A stretch of DNA of 60,947 bases, from the IMG/VR virus record IMGVR_UViG_3300030419_008000, positions 1-60,947 of that record; one strand, written 5' to 3'. Shown here piece by piece: positions 21,401 to 29,319 of the stretch (positions are counted from its first letter, which is position 1; the number at the start of each line of letters is the position of its first letter). The DNA comes from a virus (taxonomy: Duplodnaviria > Caudoviricetes). The notes beneath the pieces were generated by a model. The model did not search any database. It saw only the letters and a program-made list of their open reading frames with translations, and was not told the origin of the DNA. The translations under genes and the position numbers were made by a program.

Positions 21401-24400
21401 ATCGTCTTTTATTCAAATGATCAGTGCACCCCTGGTAAATTGATCCCATGCCTGGGTCGTGTTGTGCTTTAAATTTGTACGGCCTGTTTAATCTTCGAGT
21501 CGCATATTTAGATTGTTCGTATTTTGTGCCATCTGATTTTCTTAGAGTAATTCCAGTGTCAGAATCTCTATGATCGTATGGACCCGAAGTGTCGCGAGCC
21601 AAAGGTTTCGGGCGATTTGATTCATGCATCCGCTCTCTGATTGTGTCTCTCGCTTCGTCAACAGCTGTAACATCGGACGAAGGTTTGTCGCCGGTGCGTT
21701 CAGCTCTTTCTCGCCACCAACGAGCATGGTCAGCCTCCTCGTTAGACAATGGGTGATGACCATATCTCCAATTGTAAGTCATCTCCTCCACGCCTCTAAT
21801 CGAGGCCTCTGTCGACTTTGCTGTGTTAAGATACGGAAACTTGTGCTTGTATTTGCTTCTCTCTAAGACATGACTTTCAACAAGATTTCTAATATTTTTA
21901 GAATACTCTGTCGAAGCTGGCACCAATTGCAAAATCATAGCAGACAACGATGTGTCTATCCATTTATAAAATTCGATAAAACGATCTAAATCGGGCTCGT
22001 TGTCAACTTTTTCAAAAAACAATTGCCTTAGCTTTTCAAGCTTCTTGTACCTGTCGCGATACTTTTCAACCGGTTCGCAGAAAAGATTGCTAAAATCTTT
22101 AATTGAGGCAAACATAGTCATCATTTCTTTTGAAATTGTTTGATACATGCTTTTCTCTGCTGCAAAATAAAACCTAACTGGCTTATGATCCCTAGCATAT
22201 ATCTCTTTATTTACATCAACAATTTGAACCATATCCGCACTTTGCATAACTTCTGGAATGCGAAGTTGGCTTTGTTGAACATATCTTTTTTCTACAACTT
22301 TTGAATTGCCTGTTGGAAATTTGTCACCAAGGCCTGGGTGTTTATTATGAATCATTTTGCCAAGCCACTCTTTACGATATCTATCTTTTCTAGATACCGA
22401 TCCAGAAGATACATCAAGAACAGTGAATTGGCCGCTGTCATCTGACCCTGTGACTTTGTTAAAGCTCCAATGTAGGGCCAACGTATCAACTCTCGGAATA
22501 AAAGTCCCGGTAATTGCCTGCTGCAACCCGTAAGCGTTTTCATAAGGGCTACGAACACCCACATTCATTGGGTCCATTGCGTGAGCTTTCATTTCTGCTT
22601 TTGTTAAGCCAGTTTGCCAAACTCGCAAGGATGATACTTTTGCATCTGAATACTGTTTAACGGCGCCGTTGAAATTAGTTCTATGGGCTCCGACATACGC
22701 TCGCTTTGCAGATCGAATAAAGTTTTTTGCAACAGAAGACGAAACTACAACTGATGCACTAAATTCATGCTGCATTACATCGCCAACCGCATTAAATGCA
22801 AAAAAGTCAACAACATAATCAAAATTAAAACCAAGCTCGCCTGCAATTCCGTCAGAGTAGGCGCCTCCAATACCACCAGAGACAACACCATAGACATTTG
22901 CACCGGGAGATGTGCCAAAATCTTCATCAGCATGGCCGGTCAATGAAGACGTTGGGGTGATCCTAAACGCAAGGTTCCACTTAGAATCATCATATACGTC
23001 AAAAAATGTGCTTGATGTAAGCAAAGGGATTGGACCTAATGATCCTGATTCTGGACTATTGTTGCTAGGCTCGGTGATTCCCGAATCCCAATTCGATGAA
23101 GTAAGCACAAATCGAGCATTTGTCGACTCTTGCTCATCTCTAACTGCGTACACTTGAAAATTAGCGTAATCGTTGCCCTGAGCATCTCCCCAAGTCAGAC
23201 TGGTGTCATCTGAGGAATTTGCCGTGTGCATGCCAAACAAAGATGCAGTTATAAACGGTGTGTAAAAAAAGCCAGGATCTTTTCTAGAAGGTTTTCTTGC
23301 AAAAACGCACTCGCACTCAACAGTAAAGCCAAGAAAATCCGCGTGGTCTTCATATGATCCAGTAAGGCTAGACCCAGACAAAAATCCACTAGCAGATTCA
23401 GCATCATCAAGAGTTGAATCAGGATATTGGTAAACAGTCCCACCAAAAGCATCAAAATCATCAGAACCTGTTTGACAAAAGTTTGCATAACTTTTTGCAA
23501 CTATACCGCTCTTGTAATTGTCATCTAAAGTGTATGTATAATCATCAGAATATAAGTTCAAAGTTATTAAATCTTCTGGTATACCAAAACAACGAATCAG
23601 GTTTCTAATTGATTTTTCGGAGCCTTTGGTTTTATAAATATACAAAAGATTATTATAAATGTTTTGATAAATAAGATTCTTAATGTCGTGTAGTTCTATT
23701 TCAAACTCACTATCATCAGATTTAGATAATATCTTCTCTCTTATATCCGCATCAACAAATATTTCTGGGGCTCCAAACCCGCGGGATTCTAACAAATGAT
23801 TTGCAAATGGGTAGGGTTTATAACTAGCGCTCAAATACGATGCGTTTTGTAGGCGCGGGAGAGCTTCAATTTGAAGATACAATTTGTCCATGTAAGACGC
23901 CATAATTTGAACAAGGTTTTTAATTGTCCCATCACCATGGTTCTCATCATCTTCTATAATCCACGAAGGAATTGTATTAATCAATGAATTGTAATTTTGC
24001 TCGTCGTACATAGACCCAGAAGTAATCAATTCCTGCTTTAAAGCATCAACATCAGAGTGGAATGAATAGATGATTGGTTCTCTATACTCTGCTGGAAGTG
24101 AAGATCCTGTATAGTCGTTTATTGCAGATGAGGTCAACCTGGAGCTTGACGTATATCCAACAAAATCGCCATTTGTTACACGGCCGGCGTAATCTAATAT
24201 GTTAGAATCAACGCTTGAAGTTCCAGTAATTCCTTCATTGAACTTGTAATACACGCCAAGTGTTGTGTTCGCCAAATCATTGTTGGCACCACCGCGTACA
24301 TTTGTCCACCAATTTTTTCTAATTTCTTGAGGCGTTCTCCTGACTTTCCAAAATCTAAAATCGTCAATTGACGCGGAAAGCTGACCCCAGCCTTTATCGG

Positions 24401-25454
24401 TTGAAGAATATGATTCATGTGGCGCAACCAGTGATCCAATCGTCGCTACTAAAGCGCCGGTGATCTCATTAATGGTGGTGAGACCAATAGTGCGAGTGTG
24501 GTTCTTCTCTCCATTCAAATAAAACTCAGTAACAATACCAGAATTGTCAACAGAGCTGCTGTTGTAAAGTACAAAAGCGTAATGATTCCATTCGCCAGTT
24601 GCAACCGTCGCCTTGCTAATACCATTTCCCATTTGAATTGGCGTAGTTATTCCAGAAGAGCCAGACCTAATTGAGACAAAAAATGGAGATTCTGTTGATC
24701 CCGTGACATTTCCGCTAAGCTCAATTCTAAACCTTCCATAGCTATCTGCAGAAGTGTCACCTTGATAATTCCACAAATCAAAAATTACTTCCTTTGTGGT
24801 CGTATTATTAGAATCTGATTCTGCTAAAAATTCGCTCTTTTTAAGCCAAAACTCAACTGTAACACCACCAGTTAAATTTGTTCTAAGGTTTGATGTTCTT
24901 GTGCCTTTTCGACCACCAGCGAGTTGGCCACCAAAATCATATATATCAGTATTGAATTTATTAGCAGATCCAGTAAATGCTGCATGGAGAGAGCCCGTTA
25001 CAATTTCTGTGGAACCAGTGCCCGGGCCACCCTTAATGTAGATGTATTGTGGTGAATCTGAAAGACCATATCCATTGTTTTCGTTTTGCTGAGTTCCCCA
25101 ACCGTCTGCGGAAAATATTACATGGCCGGTAGTTCTAGGATATTTATAATCAAAAATAAATCTATCATAATAATCTGATTGATTTCTAAATTGTGTTACT
25201 TCCGCTTCAGATCCATCATATGGATATTGCCTATAAATTCTTTCAATTGCGTATTTATAATATTTTTCCGCGGATCCGAAGCGTGCAAAATTAGATGCCG
25301 ACGAAAAATCAACAGGTGGTACAAAAGTATCTCGATCAATAGTTTTCTGCCTGATGGCTTCGGCAGACTCGACATCCTCAGAAATCGTTTGCGAATCTGC
25401 TGATGGCAAAACCTTGAATGAAGTTCCTTCATCAAAAAGCTTCTTAATACTCAT
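15492..25454 (-). CDS. giant baseplate/tail protein (3320 aa) with LamG/ConA-like domains and a gpI/gp7-like wedge motif
   Basis: LamG-like TVEFWLK...WNHYAFV...IDDFRFWK...VYYKFNEG, with a second copy SLRVWQ...LHWSFN. YKTKGSEKSIRNLIRCFG is the KGT-type wedge motif. Close to the gp6-like gene. Confidence 0.72.
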   Translation of the reverse strand: MSIKKLFDEGTSFKVLPSADSQTISEDVESAEAIRQKTIDRDTFVPPVDFSSASNFARFGSAEKYYKYAIERIYRQYPYDGSEAEVTQFRNQSDYYDRFIFDYKYPRTTGHVIFSADGWGTQQNENNGYGLSDSPQYIYIKGGPGTGSTEIVTGSLHAAFTGSANKFNTDIYDFGGQLAGGRKGTRTSNLRTNLTGGVTVEFWLKKSEFLAESDSNNTTTKEVIFDLWNYQGDTSADSYGRFRIELSGNVTGSTESPFFVSIRSGSSGITTPIQMGNGISKATVATGEWNHYAFVLYNSSSVDNSGIVTEFYLNGEKNHTRTIGLTTINEITGALVATIGSLVAPHESYSSTDKGWGQLSASIDDFRFWKVRRTPQEIRKNWWTNVRGGANNDLANTTLGVYYKFNEGITGTSSVDSNILDYAGRVTNGDFVGYTSSSRLTSSAINDYTGSSLPAEYREPIIYSFHSDVDALKQELITSGSMYDEQNYNSLINTIPSWIIEDDENHGDGTIKNLVQIMASYMDKLYLQIEALPRLQNASYLSASYKPYPFANHLLESRGFGAPEIFVDADIREKILSKSDDSEFEIELHDIKNLIYQNIYNNLLYIYKTKGSEKSIRNLIRCFGIPEDLITLNLYSDDYTYTLDDNYKSGIVAKSYANFCQTGSDDFDAFGGTVYQYPDSTLDDAESASGFLSGSSLTGSYEDHADFLGFTVECECVFARKPSRKDPGFFYTPFITASLFGMHTANSSDDTSLTWGDAQGNDYANFQVYAVRDEQESTNARFVLTSSNWDSGITEPSNNSPESGSLGPIPLLTSSTFFDVYDDSKWNLAFRITPTSSLTGHADEDFGTSPGANVYGVVSGGIGGAYSDGIAGELGFNFDYVVDFFAFNAVGDVMQHEFSASVVVSSSVAKNFIRSAKRAYVGAHRTNFNGAVKQYSDAKVSSLRVWQTGLTKAEMKAHAMDPMNVGVRSPYENAYGLQQAITGTFIPRVDTLALHWSFNKVTGSDDSGQFTVLDVSSGSVSRKDRYRKEWLGKMIHNKHPGLGDKFPTGNSKVVEKRYVQQSQLRIPEVMQSADMVQIVDVNKEIYARDHKPVRFYFAAEKSMYQTISKEMMTMFASIKDFSNLFCEPVEKYRDRYKKLEKLRQLFFEKVDNEPDLDRFIEFYKWIDTSLSAMILQLVPASTEYSKNIRNLVESHVLERSKYKHKFPYLNTAKSTEASIRGVEEMTYNWRYGHHPLSNEEADHARWWRERAERTGDKPSSDVTAVDEARDTIRERMHESNRPKPLARDTSGPYDHRDSDTGITLRKSDGTKYEQSKYATRRLNRPYKFKAQHDPGMGSIYQGCTDHLNKRRSYVFSQVYPHGPVTSLGIPVNVLLAFTEKLKNFQDINDEQTPKELLKRKYSFQVRSGRHWESTKDPYLDNVKGHLIMPLTVVSASSNVTTGYQKNVVRGFMSGAIITNIHHDVYGDIHPGESSLQGPFTEKYVGGHQSRHVDINKYDTTLVTSGGAGTLNNLDDPYTRPEAWRLLLYKLSSSIASGVTTTDCYDDQGALGFVGPDYPWANEHKYPLIETKRAVYFREPLAKRPVNIRNIQQKTGSTIIGNYTENHEVVQAAGRLENNLYFKENSGIRLPDLLHSNSLGKTTNVHTLVAVGIDDNPDNKLGNSFGGPPGSNVSLRVNAQGNSIATMYTLSERGVLGPDANARNRTVIASRFSAPGGPEVSTRGYLDIASEEYSVYNSINFRNLSVRASASGENTTIKMSNHLSGTAASSRAQRDGLRSLLSRHCGKFGRDSEYGSVTAGDYVQIPAFHKIQRNTLKRIELSGQGTTIKGASGDDNDPQQTYVTASVYDNWWIQHPIPQSDLGYAWITASIADNPSFFGHAPADGMISSSAEGRVTAINFVSASDFGSFYVSNGLRFVSDFGETHADGDLRTAFAQLNTNVREPITASSNTLGYPLAKDVSRYINIGNEAGPLVPAGTLKPSGGLVKRYSATGQASTLNALLLQRNGPYGYPTFKQIRTGEHPIALHHRHNNNISVLKPGKIIHITDVDGHEVKTSRNDGIKNFVSGTQAVSMKYHPFIIGLNAATPKIGTKNITNAEYTNEYFTLKTAHGNNLAGFDDLELAEKYAALTPTRQAYDEIKELYLNRDPSMLNNSITSFSLFRYKETVWPSGLNMFMARNRGRTDYQNNFWRHTKNDRESLGGSTPIVMGPIVSASCWPLEEAPKIFSATNTNETVFITASGDGSKTVRDTDVKIHHENGLSVPNSYYGGGELVGLYSQIHGVDDDSDPDKFIVAGPQYARLMTNPISGALTSTAGIKNASSGRVLLGLSDNKVAAGIAHNLYGDSFGAANADIRKINVPLGVTKWEANDLAGYWALTQSLESLSKTGRANVVGDYYFVSHSTDPWYKDYDDYILDLRAQYKDYSIIPEFRISEHIDFYLDSAGGNFRADNPYLFEIPGTPNTSNSVPQNSSQENFYTIFSNSDVMKYLGIIINDHEEMVDPSEISLTMKAAIKFMPYDDFYPAQYSVKMANQYSASHLIGADVTGEHSTRKKAAVRPLWQWSFAPGIFYNTIKAGVACDYPVWTDPDRFIRQQVPATDYHAWTVAANFSWNSGDGFSSDKQTGLANEKATFDKRIPFEAIIEPHVHLAGTPLYDNEPHISASLHVTAAFGLRHRPQYSMMASQFWGEVPNFFLRDKTYTKITSLPDSDLNLSLTKNQIYGMRIAMYNQTKKSRTWHLEPFIGVTAGSASERGGIKYDLPQHGIATVANTNGVELLTMYSRPSAFGPPMHGTDGSALASFEAEHKVGGYDFVNGIYSPYTPPYYDGHAWADVVFYVKESKTYTIKDILASASVDYLRFDEGEAGATWSGTYAENDYAYIISGSNPNAPLNGANINKNSMQISASMNLFALEKVPVVDKIEYTNQNASGKDFVTRETLSSAWTIQMKAETPILNFGVFGNRSIKTTSNTFTRPSNQLSASCTRGMWHQFGTIPENQDMGIKIEVSDIPKNFLKYSPRAAVANGFYTKNKTAGQAAKIYKDMKSLADLVGFKKESTRLGEILEKNVVSEAIVAVPFLQIGGKRKFFEIPREYIDAAVVDGALAGQSIKDMVEKMDKYVFPPNMNFLLYEDITPFAMYIFEFEYEFDKNDLNYMWQNLPPRNHTVVKSAEAAVSHKLFATELMGYKQAMDGTPLNDNLQWMVFKVKQKAVQKYSDQIVALNASGNKLTKSKLDDNINKQGNSLITKEMEYTYNWPYDYFSIIEMAKLEVEVEISEHGEEVPEENRIEDTAAKKPRTRGSKRERSRKRKKQKNSAGSLPQQIEPQG

Positions 25455-25455
25455 T

Positions 25456-27033
25456 CTATTCTACCCTAAACTTAAATCTCTCTTTTTGCTCAACCCAAGA
25501 AGACAACGTTGGATCGTAATACGCAAAAGACATTCCATATGCATAATCTGGCTGTAACATTGACATATCTAGATCAAAATAGTTTCCAGAAACATCATAT
25601 GATAATAAAGTTGCCAAGTCGCTTCCTGTGTTATGTGGTATCACCTTTAAATTGTCGGCTATTCTATAAATCTGATAAGATGCACTATCAATTATATAGT
25701 TTTCTATGTCAGCAGTTGCTTTAGAATAAATAGTTGGGCTCCAATCTTTTTCTCGTACAAACAGCCTAAAACGAACAGTCTGATCGTCTTTGTAAGTTGA
25801 TCTTAAATTCGAAATAGTAGTGACATATTGCTTATCTGGTTTGTAATTGCTAGCCTTGTGAACTTTTGGAAAGATTGTTCCTGTAAAATATGTTTTGCCA
25901 CCATCGCCGCCATGCCAAACATCTAACAATTTTTTATCAGGAGTGGCGCCTGCGGTTACGCTCAGAGTGCATTTATAAATTCCAGTGGAAACCTTACTTC
26001 CAGTAGCAGGAAATCCGCCGGCACATATATCACTATCTCTTACAGAAATAGTTAGGCGTCCACCTGCAGTACTAGTGTCCCCAGATGTGTCTGCCGGCAC
26101 ATTGCTTCCAGATCTTGGCAAATACAAATCAACGTATACAGAGCTAGGGTCGCCTGGAATATTTCTCAGTTGGCCACGATAATAATTGTACATATAAACC
26201 GTATTTGGGTTGTCGTCCTCTTCGGCTAAAGAGCTACTATAAAAAAAACGGCCACGATCATCAGCAACAGAAGAGTTCCAACGAGCTTCGATATACGGCC
26301 TTTTGTAGAAAAACTCTGACGTTCTACCAAAAAACTTTTTAGTATAATACGAGGTTGTGGCGCCTGTCACGTTGTGCAAAATTGGACCATTGTTGTAATT
26401 GGGAATCGACGCATCTGAAGTCCTATCATCGAAAAATCCCTCTTGCGTTCCAATTAATTTAATTAAAGCCCCATAATTTGATAGCTCGTCACCGCTCATC
26501 CACTCTTCAACAAGCTCTGTGACATCAACATCAATATCTTCATTACCTTTTGTAAAAGTGACCGTATTTCCCCAAGATGCGGTATAAAAATCGCCACCAG
26601 GAATTGTCCATTTTGCAGAAGTAGACGCTGACATCCAATTGCATCCGGCATTTCCATTAGTAAAATCAAAATATTCATCCATATCCAAGCCGACACCTTC
26701 TTCCCAATCTCTAGAAATTGGCAAGACTTCAAGAGAAAAGTTTCTTGGAGTTGTTTGAGAATGTCGAGCATTAAACATGCGCAAATAAAAATTTACGCTA
26801 CCGCTAGCAGGAATATCGCCAGCAGTTCGATCATCAGACATCTGAGCAGTAGGAAATTTAATTAAAATCCTAGACAATTCAACAGATCCGGTTGATGCTT
26901 GTCCGTAAACTGAGAAGACCTCAAGAATATCAGAGGCTCCCATGTTCGCGCCGGTGGCGCGAGTGTTTAGATCTCTCATAAAGGCATTTGTAATTGTAGT
27001 GTCAACACTCGCTGTAAATCTTTTAATGGCCAT
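25456..27033 (-). CDS. baseplate-associated structural protein (525 aa), N-terminal DNRLRE/CBM-like jelly-roll
   Basis: DTTI...SRILIKF...W.EG...W..PGGDF...DVTELVEEW...NYG.LIK pattern. Lies between gp6-like and the giant tail protein. Confidence 0.6.
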   Translation of the reverse strand: MAIKRFTASVDTTITNAFMRDLNTRATGANMGASDILEVFSVYGQASTGSVELSRILIKFPTAQMSDDRTAGDIPASGSVNFYLRMFNARHSQTTPRNFSLEVLPISRDWEEGVGLDMDEYFDFTNGNAGCNWMSASTSAKWTIPGGDFYTASWGNTVTFTKGNEDIDVDVTELVEEWMSGDELSNYGALIKLIGTQEGFFDDRTSDASIPNYNNGPILHNVTGATTSYYTKKFFGRTSEFFYKRPYIEARWNSSVADDRGRFFYSSSLAEEDDNPNTVYMYNYYRGQLRNIPGDPSSVYVDLYLPRSGSNVPADTSGDTSTAGGRLTISVRDSDICAGGFPATGSKVSTGIYKCTLSVTAGATPDKKLLDVWHGGDGGKTYFTGTIFPKVHKASNYKPDKQYVTTISNLRSTYKDDQTVRFRLFVREKDWSPTIYSKATADIENYIIDSASYQIYRIADNLKVIPHNTGSDLATLLSYDVSGNYFDLDMSMLQPDYAYGMSFAYYDPTLSSWVEQKERFKFRVE

Positions 27034-28844
27034 TATTTAATAGTCCCCTTGATGTCAAGTGCTGGAAACTTAATTTCAAAGATAACATTTTTAGGTGCAA
27101 TAACATATCGGCCGTTTGCTGATGTGTTGGTAGGAACATCAAAAGATATGTCTGAATATCCCACATCAGTTATGTTTACAATTTCAACATTTTCAACATC
27201 AATAATTCCGGGCATATTGTTTAACAAATTGTATATATTTGAAAGATAGAATGATTCTCCAATATACATCTTTGATGAATTAAAGTAATTAATCAACATT
27301 CGATTGGCGCGCGCCTGCAATGAAAAACGATCAACATCTGGAGTTGATAAGGCAGTATACTTTATCTGTAAATTTACTATTTTTGCATCTAATATATCAA
27401 CTGTGTCATTGATCATTTTATTTCTATTGATCCATCTTTTCAGGTTGTTTTTCAATGTTGCGTTTGCTGTTGTTAGTTTACGTTTGCTGTTCTCACTGAT
27501 GATGAACATATTTAAATTTCTTTTTATAGAATCGTTCTCCCTTACAACGCTACACCTCTTTATTACACCAAAACGATTAGGCATTGCATAAGTCATAGCC
27601 TCATAGTCTTCTTTTGTCACCGCGCGGTTTTGAGTGGCGAAATTATCAATAACTCTTCTTTTAATCTCTACTTGTGTTTCGGGAGTGCCCGTACCGGAGA
27701 TTGGCTCCTCATTATATATTTCTAAAGAACGCTTAACAGCTGCCATTGTGTTGGGCACAAGTGTTTCTGGATCTTTAAAAATTATGGTCGCGTTGGCAAC
27801 TTTGTTCACTGAGCCAACAGCAGCGTTTGAGTTTAAAGCTTCGGAAGCCCTGTAGTTAATTGTCAATGTCGTATTTGAGGGGCCAATTCCAAATTTGTCG
27901 GTTGACACCATCTTGGATGGATCAAAAGCAAGATCAGTTGTATAATCTTTTCCATACACGTCTAAAACAATGTTTTCGGGCTCTGGAATTGACGGGGAGG
28001 ACAATTCGGTTTCAGACGCATAACCAAACACCAAAGACGTTAGACCAGTGGTTCTTTCAACAACAAATCTTCTTGGTACCGCAAAAGGTTTGAGTATTGA
28101 TGGAATTTCATCATCTAGTGCATTTTTATTAACCACCTCTTTATAAACAACATTTTGCGATAGATACTCAACTTCATAATATTCATTTCCATCTGAATCA
28201 AATACTGAAATAATTTCTGATACTTTAGAACTAGCCAAGTCCACCCTTCTAAATCTTTGGAATCCTCCAACCGATATTGACTCTGAGCCCATTCTTCCGG
28301 ACATTATCCTTCCATTCGCTTTAATTGCCCAAGACGTTGGCGCGCCAGTATTTGGATCAGTGTCAGCAACAACGACTTGGTGTCGATTATCATTAAAGTC
28401 GACATTTTCCGTCAATATGAAAGACGCGCCACTACTAGATTTAAATCGGGAGCCGCGGCGGATAATTGGCAAATAATTTCTTGCAGGGCCCATTCCAGTT
28501 GATACTGCCGGGACGACAACATACAAGCTAGCCACACCATAAGAAGTTGAAATTCCTTTAAACTTATAACCTAAAGTACGGGCATGTCGTAAAATGTTAT
28601 TAAATTCTGTTGCTGAATCTAAAAAGCTCTCGTTTACATTATAATCCAGATAGTAGGATAAAATATCGCCAACATAGGCAACAGTGTCCACCATCAAAGA
28701 CCCAAAAGAGTTTTCACTAAAATCTTTGTAAGAATTAGAATAATAGCGCTGGGCGTGGTCCAGTAAATCCCTCTTAATTGAAGAAAATTCTCTGCTTGTA
28801 TATTTTATTGGTATGATGTTTTTTTTGTAATCTGAATCAGGCAT
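27033..28844 (-). CDS. baseplate wedge protein, T4 gp6 / P2 gpJ-like
   Basis: YTSREFSSIK...DFSENSFGSLMVDTVAYVGDILSYYLD...NESFLDSA...LGY and QNRAVTKEDY motifs. Confidence 0.88.
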   Translation of the reverse strand: MPDSDYKKNIIPIKYTSREFSSIKRDLLDHAQRYYSNSYKDFSENSFGSLMVDTVAYVGDILSYYLDYNVNESFLDSATEFNNILRHARTLGYKFKGISTSYGVASLYVVVPAVSTGMGPARNYLPIIRRGSRFKSSSGASFILTENVDFNDNRHQVVVADTDPNTGAPTSWAIKANGRIMSGRMGSESISVGGFQRFRRVDLASSKVSEIISVFDSDGNEYYEVEYLSQNVVYKEVVNKNALDDEIPSILKPFAVPRRFVVERTTGLTSLVFGYASETELSSPSIPEPENIVLDVYGKDYTTDLAFDPSKMVSTDKFGIGPSNTTLTINYRASEALNSNAAVGSVNKVANATIIFKDPETLVPNTMAAVKRSLEIYNEEPISGTGTPETQVEIKRRVIDNFATQNRAVTKEDYEAMTYAMPNRFGVIKRCSVVRENDSIKRNLNMFIISENSKRKLTTANATLKNNLKRWINRNKMINDTVDILDAKIVNLQIKYTALSTPDVDRFSLQARANRMLINYFNSSKMYIGESFYLSNIYNLLNNMPGIIDVENVEIVNITDVGYSDISFDVPTNTSANGRYVIAPKNVIFEIKFPALDIKGTIK

Positions 28845-28868
28845 AATTAGTTTTCCTAGAATAATTAG
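28844..28868 (-). promoter_or_regulatory. two tandem candidate late promoters CTAATTA
   Basis: taattag at 28844-28850 (abutting the ATG) and at 28862-28868. Confidence 0.55.
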
Positions 28869-28885
28869 AAATTATTATTAAAATA

Positions 28886-29293
28886 TTATATTTTTGGTGC
28901 TATTAGATCTAAGAAATCGTCTTGAACAAGTCCAGGGATCCTATAAATGATCCTCATGCCAACGAAATTTTCATCAATACTGAAGGATACATTATTTTCT
29001 GCACCAATTGGTGAAGAGAAAAGTATGTTTCTAATTTCTATATAAGGCAAGTGGTCTCTGACTTGTTGTATAATTCTCGTCTTGATCTGAACCAGGGTGC
29101 TACTTGTCATATTTTGAAACAAATAACGTTTAATTCCAACACCATAATTAGACAACATGGTCCTTTCACCAGGACTGGTTAGCAGCAACATTTTTAAATT
29201 TTGTTTTGCCGCAGCTAAAGCCGATTTGTTCATATTAAAGCCATCTACTTCGTCCATAGTCAACGGTAATGCAACAGAATATCCAGTGGCCAT
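28886..29293 (-). CDS. baseplate wedge protein, T4 gp25-like
   Basis: KQNLKMLLLTSPGERTMLSNYGVGIKRYLF...IIQQVRDHLPYI is the gp25/GPW signature. GGAGG SD. Confidence 0.88.
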   Translation of the reverse strand: MATGYSVALPLTMDEVDGFNMNKSALAAAKQNLKMLLLTSPGERTMLSNYGVGIKRYLFQNMTSSTLVQIKTRIIQQVRDHLPYIEIRNILFSSPIGAENNVSFSIDENFVGMRIIYRIPGLVQDDFLDLIAPKI

Positions 29294-29309
29294 TTTATTT
29301 CCTCCTTAG

Positions 29310-29316
29310 TAATTAG
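29310..29316 (-). promoter_or_regulatory. candidate late promoter CTAATTA
   Basis: Intergenic, ~17 nt upstream of the gp25-like ATG. Confidence 0.6.
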
Positions 29317-29319
29317 ATG

